A DNA stretch of 64,000 nucleotides from Chrysomallon squamiferum. Taxonomy: Eukaryota > Animalia > Mollusca. The notes under the pieces were generated by a model that was not told where the DNA came from, did no database searches, and worked only from the letters and a program-made list of their open reading frames with translations. Positions within the stretch are counted from its first letter, which is position 1. Each line of letters begins with the position of its first letter. A program made the translations under genes and the position numbers. Location: NCBI GenBank assembly GCA_012295275.1, contig CM022677.1, positions 2,356,001 through 2,420,000 of the forward strand. The letters run 5' to 3'. Positions 29,483 to 41,438 of the stretch are shown here, in pieces.

Positions 29483-30269
29483 GCTCTTGTTGTTATTGTT
29501 TTTATTATTGTTATTGCTATTATTATTATAGTTGTTATTGCCATTATTATCATTTACTATTTTCACTATTATTGTTATTTTTTAAAATAAATATAATCTT
29601 TTCCATTTCTGATGTTGCCTTGTTTTTCATTATTAATGCAGTTTTCAGATAAATTTGAATGAAATGTTAGGAATGCAGTAAGCATCTCTACTAAAATCTT
29701 TGAACACATTTTTGTAACAGGAATCTCAATATTCCAGTGAAGAAATTTGTGAATGTTGTTTATCATTTTCATTACACTTTATTAATCTTGAACTCGGTAG
29801 TCTCAGAAAAACATGCTGTGTTGGTTAAACAAGTGCACACTTCAGCATCAAACCTATCTCTGAAAATATATACTTTTTCATAGAACATGATTATTGTAAA
29901 CACTCGTGTGAAAACAACTGTGATTTCTTCAAGTGAGGATAATGTAAATTGTCTTAACCCACTTGATCGCTGACTGTAAATCATAAAACAAAAGACCTGA
30001 ATTGACCTTTTTCAGTTTGCGTACATTTCAATAAAAATATTGAGGCATTTTATTTACACATTCATATTCACAATTTTTTTTTAAATAGTACAATTTTACA
30101 TTTTCACACAGACAGATACATATGACCCACAGACACACATAATGTCCTGCAGAAAATTATAATACATATTTCATGTCTGAAGAGTTTACAAAATAGAACC
30201 GTTATTTAAAAGGTTAGTATGTGGGTACATAGTAGCAAATAAAATGTTTAAGACAAACATATTCAGATA

Positions 30270-30350
30270 TAATCAAATATATTTTGATATAATAAAATAT
30301 ATTTTGATATACTGAAATATATTTTGATATGATTAAATATATTTTGATAT
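30270..30350 (+). repeat. 20-bp minisatellite (aaatatattttgatat-based) x4; paralogue at 59800-59875
   Basis: Direct reading. Confidence 0.8.
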
Positions 30351-32902
30351 GTTTACTGAACAATTATTAACTGTAGTCTTTAATATTAAGTTAATTTATT
30401 ATTAACAATAATAAGACTATACAGGAACGCGTGAAGTGCTAGATGAATATTGTATTATTATTGTATTGATATTACTGAAAATTAACTGTGCACCTTTCAG
30501 TGTCAGAATGTGATACTTTGTTTTATGACCGCAGTAACATGACATTCCGCGACACAATTTACATCTCTCCCTACATGAAATTACATGATTAATCTAAAAT
30601 TCAGCTAATATTTATCAAATTATGTAATTAAGAATATATCATTATTTTTTTTAAACTCTGAGAAAAGTAAGTTAATAATCTAGAATGAAATTCCATATTT
30701 ATTCAATATACCTATAATCTCTAATTAATATAATTTTAAAATACCATATAAATAATACAGACATGATAAAACTAGGGTTTTATTTTGTTATCGATTGGGT
30801 AACATTATCAGTGTAAACAGCGATATACTTTAGTTAAATGTGGTTTTATAAAAGTTCACAATTTCTCATGTAATTATATTATAAATAAATCAATTTATTA
30901 TTATTATTATCATTATTATCTACTTTTAAAAAAAAAAAAGTATTTAGTTTTTATCTCGACAGAAACAATACACTAAGAATAAATCTGATTTCTCTAACTT
31001 CACGAGGCCTAATAAAAATTCGAAGTAATTTTTATATCCCCACACAGAACAGTTCTAATGAAACTAAGAGAATAGCGTCAAACATATATAGGAAGCTTCT
31101 GTTTTTACAGAAAAATAAAAATATTAAGTGCAGATATTTAATATTATTGTTGTTGTTGTTGTATTTAGCTGTTGACAAAGACAAATATGGTGTCTGCTTC
31201 ACTGACTCATTGATACTTACTGGTGGAGTGGCTATTTTAATATCTAATAATAATAAGCTATAATAAGAAATGTAAAATATATTACACTATACAACTTGCG
31301 CTGATGTACACCTTGTAATGAATGTAATGAAAAAAATAAACTTCGCATAATAAAATGACATGTTCACCTTCTTTTTCTCATCTAATCAGTACAAACTGTC
31401 GTGATTCCAGGGAATTAACTCAGATATTTTTCAATATAACCTGATATAAATATACGATAATTAATAAAATATGAGATTAATATTTCTCAACATAATTAAT
31501 ATCACTGCTCATAATTAAAGTAAAATTTCACGTTACTTTTACTAAAACGGACACTTCGAAGCGGTATCTGAAGTTAGTTGCACATGTTCTCTATATATTG
31601 TTGTCGTCACATACAAAGTTACTATTATTTTAAAAAATTACAACACGGAAGTTCCATCTATATTTCTGAATGTTCACAGTGAAATCATACCTGTGTTTTG
31701 TCGTATAACTAACTGAATATCATCTCATACATAAAGGATAGTTGAGAAATTTAGAAATAAAGAGGCCTTCCAAATTCCAAATTCCTAATGTTCTCAGCAT
31801 TGGTTTTTAGTTGCACCTCAAATGATAATTAAATATTGATTTTCTTTTTGTAGACAGGTGTGTATTGAAAAGCTGAGGTTTCTCTGTTAAATATTAGCAA
31901 ATAATTTATTATATATGAAGTGATATTCATCTTGATATTTCTAGTTGAGAAGTACAGTGAATATTCAGGAATAAAATATCGCAACCAGATAAAAATGTTA
32001 TTTCATTAGCAACTGTGGTATTAATGTGATATTTCTCAACGTAATTTATGTTGTGTTTAGTATATCATGTCAGAATAATTATTTACTCAGCAAAAGTAAC
32101 GTAGTGTTTTTGTTAAGACAATGTTATTATTGTTTTAAATACGTATCTAAAATAAAAATAAAAACTCTCAGTTGAAGTCTGTCAAATTTGCTTAATAAAA
32201 GTTTTGATCATCAAATTTAAATGGACGTTTTATTTGATTAATCTGAAATTCATCAACATTTTGAGGTTTATTAAACTACTTTTATTAGGATATATTTGTT
32301 TCACAGGCATTATTAAAATTAGAAATAATTTTATTACCATCGATTTATATAGGTTTCGTCGGAAATTATATATATATATTTTTTTATTATAGCACAAAAT
32401 ATACTGATAATTAGACTTGTAGTGCAGATACTTAACTTTTTTTCTAAACTAAGAAAAAATGTAGCTAGTCTGGAAGGATATTCATAGGTATTCAAGATAT
32501 CGGCGGACTACTCTTACAATTTACACGGTTGGTGTCACCGCTACTCTCTAACTGTGAATGTTCTGTGTAACACAATGTAACTAAAATCCCGCGTAAACTA
32601 CTTCACAAATAGTGCACACGTTTTTAAAATTTAATTTTATAACTCAGTGGTAAAATTATCAGTGTAAATAGCCTTACCCTTAAGTAAAACTGACAGCTTA
32701 TTTTCACTTGTTCATAATTATGTAATGTTTATATATTTTATTCGTGAAAATAGCGATATCCTTAATTAAAAATATCACCTTATTTTTACTTGTTTATAAT
32801 TATGTGATGTTATATGATTGTAAACTGCGCTCGTTTTACAAAATAAACGTGATAACTGTATACATAATGGAATATCATTTAAGTTTTCTTCTGTTTTTCA
32901 TA

Positions 32903-32933
<31 letters not shown>

Positions 32934-33985
32934 TAAAAATTAAAATAAGCTGAAAGTAAGCTCTGTATTTCCCAAATTACAGGTATTCTCTATAAAGGAT
33001 GTTTTTACTTGAAATTATCATTTTAATCTGTAGTGTAATATAATTTATGACATTAATGTTGCGCCTTCTCTTGTTATCTGATTTTGGCAAATGGTGAGGA
33101 TATAGAGAAATGTTCTATCCATCAAATCATCTCTGATTCCTTTCCCTGCATCCAGCATGTCCGTCAGTTTACAGCTAAATGTAATTCATCCTGGTGTATC
33201 TGTGTGTGTCTCTGTGTTTGATGAACATCAATCTTACCTTTCAGCACCTTCTTTTCAGTGAACCATTTCCCCATCCACCCAGTAACGAGACGTACACAAA
33301 GACGTTAAGAACAATGCTGGAACGACGCCAATGACGGCATCATTATTAGAATTAGTAATGATATTTTTTAACGAGGGATGTGGACACTGATTGCAATAGT
33401 TAATAAACAGCAAAAAAAAAAAAAAAAAAAAAAGGTGAAGTACACCAACAACGCTGAGAACAACGCCGTTACTACGGTAGCGACGGCGACATTAATAGAA
33501 ATATTAATGATGTATTTTAATAAAGGACGGGCACGGTCAGAAAATAAGAATAACAGCGAATAAAAAACTAAAAGGAATAATAAGGAGTACACCAACAACG
33601 TTATGAACAACGCCGGCACGACGGTAGCGACGGACACATAGTGATTCGCACGCTCAGAAAGTATGAGGAATGATTTTAAAAAAGTGCTAAAGAATAATGA
33701 GAAGGACTCTACGAAAGCTAGAAAGAAGGCGTTTACGACGGCAACGATGATGATATTAATAGAAATGGTAATACTACATTTTAGAATAGGATTTGAACAC
33801 GTATGAATAAGAATTAATACAAAGAAAAAGAATAGTGAGAAGTACACCGAGAACGGTGACAACAACGCCGTTACGACGGTAGCGACGGCTACATTAATAG
33901 AAATATTAACAATATATTTTAGTACTGGAGGACACTGATTGCAATACTTAATAAAAGGCAAAATAATATTTTTTATTTTTTCAGA

Positions 33986-34106
33986 AAATATCATCCTGTC
34001 CCGGAACCCATCCCTGGCGATCCCAGAGATCGGATCCGGGATAGGCGTGCCCGAACCTTGAATTGGACGTGGGCACGTAAAAAGAGTTCTCCATCCATCC
34101 ATCAGA
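33986..34106 (+). mobile_element. 121-bp GC-rich insert, probably a SINE 3' fragment with a (CCAT)n tail
   Basis: Present in copy 1 only; copy 2 has a single tcaga at 63816-63820. Flanked by a TCAGA direct repeat and ends in ctccatccatccatc. Confidence 0.55.
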
Positions 34107-34297
34107 CGTATATCAAAGATTGGTAAATTCCTGGACAGTAATAAGCAACTTATTGTAGTGTGAGTTGTAAGCTTTTTGCTTTAATATAAATAATAAGAAG
34201 AAAGAAAAAGTAGGGAGAAAAAGTAGGGAGAAAAAAATAACAACACCGTTTATTTGAAGTTTACGGTCAACGATTGGCTAATAATAAGTTAAAAAAT

Positions 34298-34328
<31 letters not shown>

Positions 34329-34441
34329 AAGAACCACATCGATTTATAATTAGTACGTATATTTTAATAAATGTTGTTATGCTCCTTTATTTTATTTTAT
34401 TTTATTTGTTTTGAACATTATTTTTAATTTTTTTTTTTATT

Positions 34442-34478
<37 letters not shown>

Positions 34479-35141
34479 TGCAGTAGTCGCGGAAAAATGC
34501 GGGATGATTGTCGGTCTTCACGGATTTACTTTTTTATTTGATGTTCGAAGAATCTTGTACATAATTGGGGTAACCGCTTTATCATGCAACAAAAAAGTTG
34601 CTTAAAGTATTTAATTTTGTGAAGGAGACAGGTATTACTATTTATTATTATAATTGATAATGCGTTTGGATTGTTTTCGTTTTATTTAATAATAATTTAA
34701 AAGTCATAGACACATGATGGCAGCCATATTATTTGAGAACAATATTTATTTATTTATTTATATTTTTCAGATAACGACACTCGATTAATAACAAGATTCA
34801 CCAGAGGTTGTACTAATGTGAACAGCATAAACAACGTCATATAAATAAGAAATCATGTTTAGTCTTTACTTTTGTTTTACCAATCAGCCTATGAGGGACA
34901 AATTTTGAGTGGCCAGTAATTAAATTTGTTTTAAAATAAATTGACTTGTGTAGCCAAAGGAAACACCACACAACAACTCACAGAGAATTTTTAATTTTAT
35001 TATTATTATTATTTTTATTATTATTTAATTATTATTATTATTATTATTATTATTTTATTTTATTTTAAATAAACTAATAAAACTATAAAAAGTAAAGATG
35101 CTAATTTTGTTTGACAGGTTGTTTTCTATCAGTTTATTTAT

Positions 35142-35183
<42 letters not shown>

Positions 35184-36110
35184 TAATTTATCCTCAGTGA
35201 TAACTGTTCTTTGTTTCCCTTCTTTTCTCAATGTAAATTTTACTTTATTAATTTACATTTTGTTTTGTTGTACTTCCTTCTGTTTTATCTTCTTCTTCTT
35301 ATTATTATTACTAATTTTTATTATTTTATGTTTTATTTTTTATTATTATTATTTTTTTAATCTTTATTATTATTCATTTTATTTTTCACTATTAATGTTT
35401 GTTTATTTTTGATGTTTTCTAGGTAATATGGAGAAAATATTCCAAATTTATTTTAAAAATGCATCTATGAAAAATCAGATCTGAGTGAAATATTTTATAA
35501 ATTTCTCATCCAGCTACACAATCATTGACCAGAACCACTGTGTAGAGTGCAAGTGCTGCTGGAATATCTATAATATGATGGTTTACATTCAGCATAGACA
35601 GCAACACAAAGGAACCTGCAGATCATTTATTTGCTATTGTTTTGTTAATTAATTAAATTAATACCATTATCATCATTATCATTATAATGATTATACAAAG
35701 TATACCAAAAATATCCCACACCCCTTTGTGTCTGAATAATCCAGTAACTGATAACAGCAAAATTTTAATTTTAATAATAACAGAAACATGAATTATTTAT
35801 TTCTATTATTTATTATTTCTATTATTTATTATTTTTTTTTTTTTTTTTCAGAATGCACTTAATTGAATGCTGATATTTGCTAGTGAAGTTGTTTCAGTAG
35901 AAGGTGCTGTCCAGCACTGAGGATAAAGTTTGTACTGCTGCCACTGGAAAAGAGAAAAAAAATAAAAACTGAACAGGTGAATTTGAGTTTGTTTTCTTAT
36001 GTATTTCTCATTATTCTAAACCTAATGAAGTTTAATTTAATTTAACGTAGGAAGTTCCATTTTGTAACATACTTTAGAATCTTGTATCATACACTGCATT
36101 TTAGTATCAT

Positions 36111-36202
<92 letters not shown>

Positions 36203-36222
36203 TTACATTTATACAAACCTGA

Positions 36223-36423
36223 TTATTTTATTGTAAATTTCTCGACTGTGTCTTCCTCATCTTTCTTTGGTATCCCACTAAAGATTAAATTGTCACACAT
36301 GAAGCGAGTTTGTAGGTAATTTTCTCTCAAGTTTCCAAACTCAGTTTTTAATTCACATATTTGTTGTTTCATACTGTTATTATTATCTCTCATTTGATGG
36401 GTAGAACTGTTCATATCTGACAC
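36223..36423 (-). mobile_element. LINE ORF1 fragment (coiled coil followed by an RRM start)
   Basis: Heptad-like region followed by LQTRFMCDNLIFSGIPKKDEEDTVE, resembling the RSMRDNLIFxGIPE motif of invertebrate LINE ORF1p. Confidence 0.6.
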
Positions 36424-38439
36424 AATTTATTTCAAATCTTAATATCAGTCATTGTACTTAATTCCATACTATTCAGTTTTTTTTTTATTGCTTTCAAACT
36501 GTTAGTGAATGTAATTCATATCTTGTATTTGTTCTAAATCTCAATCATTTCACCACTGATAAATCAATTTAATAATGGTTTAAGCACCAGCAAACCTTAT
36601 AATAACTTTTTAATCAGGGTATCTAATTATATACTGACATTTTGAATGTGCACAAACTGGTGAAATTATTCCAGAATACTGACCCTGGTATTGTCCATAC
36701 TGTGACTGCTGACACTGTTGAATTGGTGTTGACTGATAAAATGGTCCAGGATCTAAAATATCCATGTCTATGTGTGGATTGAATGCATATACCTATAAAG
36801 GTATGTTTTATTCATTCACTTTTGAGTTTTATAGCTCATTTGATTAAGGATGGATTTAATTAAAAGTAGCAAAATGTATTTTTATGCAGAGAATACTATT
36901 GAAAATTTTATATAAATTTCTCATAAATGATGTTTACTTTAGATAGTATAGAATTAATTTAATAATGGCATAAAATACTTTTTTATGGTTTCAATTAATT
37001 ATATCATCTCATTTTAAAATCATAGAAGTTAATTAATTCATTAGAAATCTCTTGATCTTTTCAGATTAAAAGATTATTATTCTGGATAAGTTTATTGTTG
37101 TAGCCAGACTGTAAACTTTTATTTTTAATCAAATCTAAAATTAGAATCAGTTCTATTCTGTTGCCAAAAAATCAGTTGTCCTTTAATGTGGGATTTTTGA
37201 CAATGAATTATGATTAGCAAGTCTGGTTATACCTTGGTCAATATCTCATTTTCAAGGTTGTATTAAATGTATTTCTGTCTGTTTGTTTTGGTTAGAGTAA
37301 TCTGACTGTGTGTACTGAATACCACTGTAGAGGTTTGAACAAACACCTGATTAAAACATGTATAATTACATGTAATATGACATGATATCTTCAGTCCTAG
37401 TTTTCAGTTATGTCTATAGAAATCATGTAGAGTTTTTGCATATATATGCATTTTATTTATGATGACTTTTTATATTATGCTTAGGATTTCTTATTTCAGT
37501 CACTGCAGACATTAGTTAAATTAGTTCAGGAAACACGTTTTGAGATCAGCAGTTCATGTTGAATACATCATTTTCCTTATCTAGCAAAATATCAGCAATA
37601 TCCAGATTTGTTTTCCCATTAGGACAGCTGTCTCAACTGTGTATTTTTTGTTTCAGTTGCGCCAACTTTCAGATGAAGAAATCAAAGTAAGTAAATTTTT
37701 ATTCTGCATTTATTGAGAATTTTACTTAAAGATGGGATTTATTTGTGATTTTAGATTAATGATATCTCAGTTTCTGTCTTGAGATCTTTCAATGTGATAA
37801 ACAATACTTATGTGAAAAAAGATTATTTATTCAGCTAGAGTAGGTTCTTTGTTTTGGACAGGGTGTATGCTTTTAATTTTTATTAAATGCAGTAATAATT
37901 ATTCTTTTTCCACATTCAACTTATTATACTAGACAATCTTCACTGAGTTTAGTCTGAAAATAAAATAACCAGCTTAAGAAAACAGATAGAGGCCTGATAT
38001 TTTCCTATTTCAAAAAGTCATCTTTTAGATAGATATGCTAAAAATCAAACAACATACACACTCATTCACTCACACACACACACACACACACTCACTCACA
38101 CACAAAATATATATGTTACGATATATCCTCAGTCTATCAGGAATTTTATGTTTCCTATTGACAAAATGATGTCAGAACTAATAAAATGTACACTTATTAT
38201 TTTATAAACATACATTATTATTTTCAGTGTAATGGCACTTGAATGTTTTTACATTAGCTTTTGATTTTTGGTATCTTAAACAGACTTTTCTTGTGTCACC
38301 TCTTTAACTGACAAAGATGATAATGATATTTATATAGAAATTGAAGTGAATTGAAAGATCTTAAGAATTTATTCATATCTTTGTTGTCACTGATGTACTT
38401 AATTAAGGATGGCATTGTGTTTGGGATTTTTTGTTGTTG

Positions 38440-38498
<59 letters not shown>

Positions 38499-39888
38499 AA
38501 AATAATTATTTAATTTCAGGAAACAGTTAATGTCAGTGGAAAAGCCTTTTGGCAGCACTTTTACAGAAATAGGTAATGTTATTAGCAATTCTTTTATCAA
38601 CAATCTATGAATTTTTCAAATTTAATAACTGACAATTAATTATTAAATATGATTGGAAAGTAAAATGCAATTTTGGATTAGTTACTTAACTTTAAAGAAG
38701 ACAATTTAAAAGGTGAAAGTTGCAGTATTTTTTTTTTTTAATTTGTTGTAGTAATTTGTGGAGTTTTTTGTTTTGTTTTTTAATTAAAAATATAATATGT
38801 ACAACTGTCTATTTTGATTTTTTTGGTCCAGGTTCTGAAAGATCCATGTCTATGTGTGGATTGAATGCTGCTCTAAAGGTTTGTTTTATTCATTCACTTT
38901 TGTGTTTTTTAGCTCATTTCATTAAGAATGAATTTAATCAAAAGTAGCAATGCCGACAATTTATTTTAATGTACAGAATAGTATTGATAATTTTATATAA
39001 ATGTTTCATAAAGGATCTTGATATTTTAAATGTTATTTAGTTTAGATAGTAGTCGAATCAATGTAATAATGGCACAACAAACCTTGTAATAATTTGCATG
39101 CCAGCCTAATAGAGTAGTGAACAGAACAGTTGTATAAATATGTAATTTGCTTTTATTAATGTGAACTACTTTTAGAACTTTATGTGGTAGGGCTAAAGAT
39201 ATTTACAATATTTTGAAATTTGGTATACAGATGTAATTTTGCTGGATTTGAAAGGTCATAGAGATGCATAAATTGGCTTGAAAGATTTAGCTTCTTTTCT
39301 TACTTTATCTCATGCATGTGTAATGTTGTCTTTGTTTTAAATACATTTTAAAATATACCTAAATGATTCATTAGTGTAACTATTAGCTGACTAAACGTGG
39401 TTATTTATAAGACAAAATATATTTCATTAGCAGCAAAAAGTAAATATTAATTAAATATTTTAATTAATCAAATAAGTTGTTGTTTATGATGTAACCTATC
39501 ACGATTGTTAATGGTTAATTAAAGATTGTCAGAATAATCTCAAATGTATTTTCATCATGTCAGTATCTTAGAATTTCAAGTAGAATCAGTATTAGAAGAC
39601 CAGAGTTGACCATGTTACAGAATTATTCAAATATATTAAAAATATTTTTCATAATCTCTTTTATTGATTTATTGCTATTTTAGTCCTTTTATATCAAAGT
39701 TAAAAAATAATATTAAACTGATTCAAATTAAGAATATAAAAACATTTAATAAAATATTTTTTATTATTAAAATTGTATGGAAAAAACAAAAATGTGGACT
39801 ACAGGTCTTCTTGCTAAGACAGTGAAATGCAGTTAGAGCTGACAAAAAACATTCTACTTGCAATACACCTCGGTTCGTTAAAGCGATC

Positions 39889-39927
39889 GTCTACGGCCAC
39901 ACCACGTTGAAAACACCGGTTCTCGTC
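39889..39927 (+). rRNA. 5S rRNA: 5S rRNA gene, 5' part (nt 1-39), interrupted by the retrotransposon
   Basis: GTCTACGGCCACACCACGTTGAAAACACCGGTTCTCGTC; joins 45517-45596 to give a 119-nt 5S. Confidence 0.95.
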
Positions 39928-40007
39928 TTTGGTTAGGGTGGAGTCGGGTGTGGACGCGTTTCACATCGGCTCTCGCTTCAGAAAGGTTTTGTTGTAAACT
40001 AAGTTTT

Positions 40008-41409
40008 ATGTCTTGGGCGGAAGAATCTGAAAATTACGAAGAAAAGATCAAAGGTATGAATTTAAAAAAAGAAGTAATGAGAAAAAATGTTTTTAAAAAA
40101 GAATGCACCGTGATTGTAAATGTAGAAGATAACAAGAAAATTTCAGCAGGCGACATGATAGATTTTGTAAGTGGCCAGGTGGGTGATGTGATAAAAGCTT
40201 GTGTACCGAAAGAATCCGACTCTTATGAAATAACACTAGAAGATATTATACAAGCCAGAATGATTACGGAAATTGATGAAACAGAATTGAAAGGTCTAAA
40301 AATAAAGGCGAGAATTTTGAAATCTGAAACTGTAGTAGTTTCCTTTTTGCACTTGCCTGCCTACATTGAAGATGAAGAAATTGAAGAAAAATTGAAAGAA
40401 ATGAAAATAGAAATTTTATCACCAATTTATAGAAGACTATACAAAGGGACAAAAATTGCAGATGGAACAAGATATGTGAGAGTGAAATTTCCACCCGGAA
40501 TAAAAAGTTTACCATACTCAATGAATTTTCGGACTTACGAAGGAATAAAATATTTTCGAGTTTTACATGACAATCAAATAAAAGTCTGTTACAACTGTAT
40601 GGCGGATAATCATTTGTTGAAAGACTGTCCAAATATAAGGTGTCATAACTGTAAACAAAAAGGACATTTTGGAAGAAACTGCCCGAACATATTTCTGTGT
40701 GAAAAGTGTGGAAACAAAGAGGATGAATGTGAGTGTTGGACAGAGTATGACAGCGATGAACAAAAAAACAGTGACAGTGACAGTGATGGTATGGAGTATA
40801 CTACAGATAATGTAAAATCAAAGGAGAAAAAAGAAAGTGATGGTATGGAGTATACTACAGATAATGTAAAATCAAAGGAGAAAAAAGAAAGTGATGGTAT
40901 GGAGTATACTACAGATAATGTAAAATCAAAGGAGAAAAAAGAAAGTGATGGTATGGAGTATACTACAGATAATGTAAAATCAAAGGAGAAAAAAGAAAGT
41001 GATGGTATGGAGTATACTACAGATAATGTAAAATCAAAGGAGAAAAAAGAAAGTGAAGCAGAAAAATCCAGAGGATAAATACAACAGAAATGAAAATCAA
41101 AAAGAAAAAAAAAAAATCGGAAAATGGAAAAAACCAGAAAAAAACCCTGATAAAAACACCACAGTGAAAAATACTAACAAGGAAGCTGAAACCATCGAAG
41201 CAGAAAATAGTAAGCAGAAAAACAACGAACGAACGAGATTGATCAAGCGTCCGTCAGAAGAAAAACTGTGGAGCTTGGTAGAAAACAGAAAACAAAAACA
41301 GAGACAAGCAGCAGCGCATGAAAAGTGTGAGAGAAAGTGTTGCCAGGGCGATGAACGAGTATGGTGGGGGGAATATAGACAAGATATAGAATATTTTAAA
41401 AATGGGTAA
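40008..41409 (+). pseudogene. Retrotransposon ORF1 (Tx1-type gag-like protein with CCHC knuckles); frameshift near 41060
   Basis: MSWAEE...VVVSFLHLPAYIEDEEIEEKL...IADGTRYVRVKFP..IKSLPYS..F.......YFRVLHDNQIKVCYNC....HLLKDCP...CHNCKQKGHFGRNCP, then an acidic/lysine-rich tail. Confidence 0.88.
40782..41051 (+). repeat. 54-bp in-frame perfect tandem repeat x5 (SDGMEYTTDNVKSKEKKE) within ORF1
   Basis: agtgatggtatggagtatactacagataatgtaaaatcaaaggagaaaaaagaa repeated five times identically. Confidence 0.95.
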
Positions 41410-41438
41410 TAGTTTTCTAAATTTTTCTAATTCTAATT

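Larger units (their letters stand above)
20713..34290 (+). repeat. Segmental duplication copy 1 (direct paralogue of 48121-64000)
   Basis: Colinear, highly similar blocks, e.g. 20741/48149, 21760/49200, 24440/52050, 27700/57340, 29770/59270, 32200/62030, 33400/63240, 34240/63950. Confidence 0.93.

Noticed and set aside
29772-29984. 70-90-aa ORF conserved in both duplication copies
   Set aside because: Conservation is explained by the duplication, and no family motif was recognised.
31190-32600. Possible decayed LRR/Toll-like receptor sequence (also ~16250-16700)
   Set aside because: Only isolated motif-like words and no sustained reading frame.
39928-39940. TTAGGG at the retrotransposon 5' end as a telomeric signal
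   Set aside because: A single hexamer, expected by chance.
40782-41051. Regular repeat array as a possible CRISPR
   Set aside because: Head-to-tail identical units without spacers, in frame within ORF1, in eukaryotic DNA.
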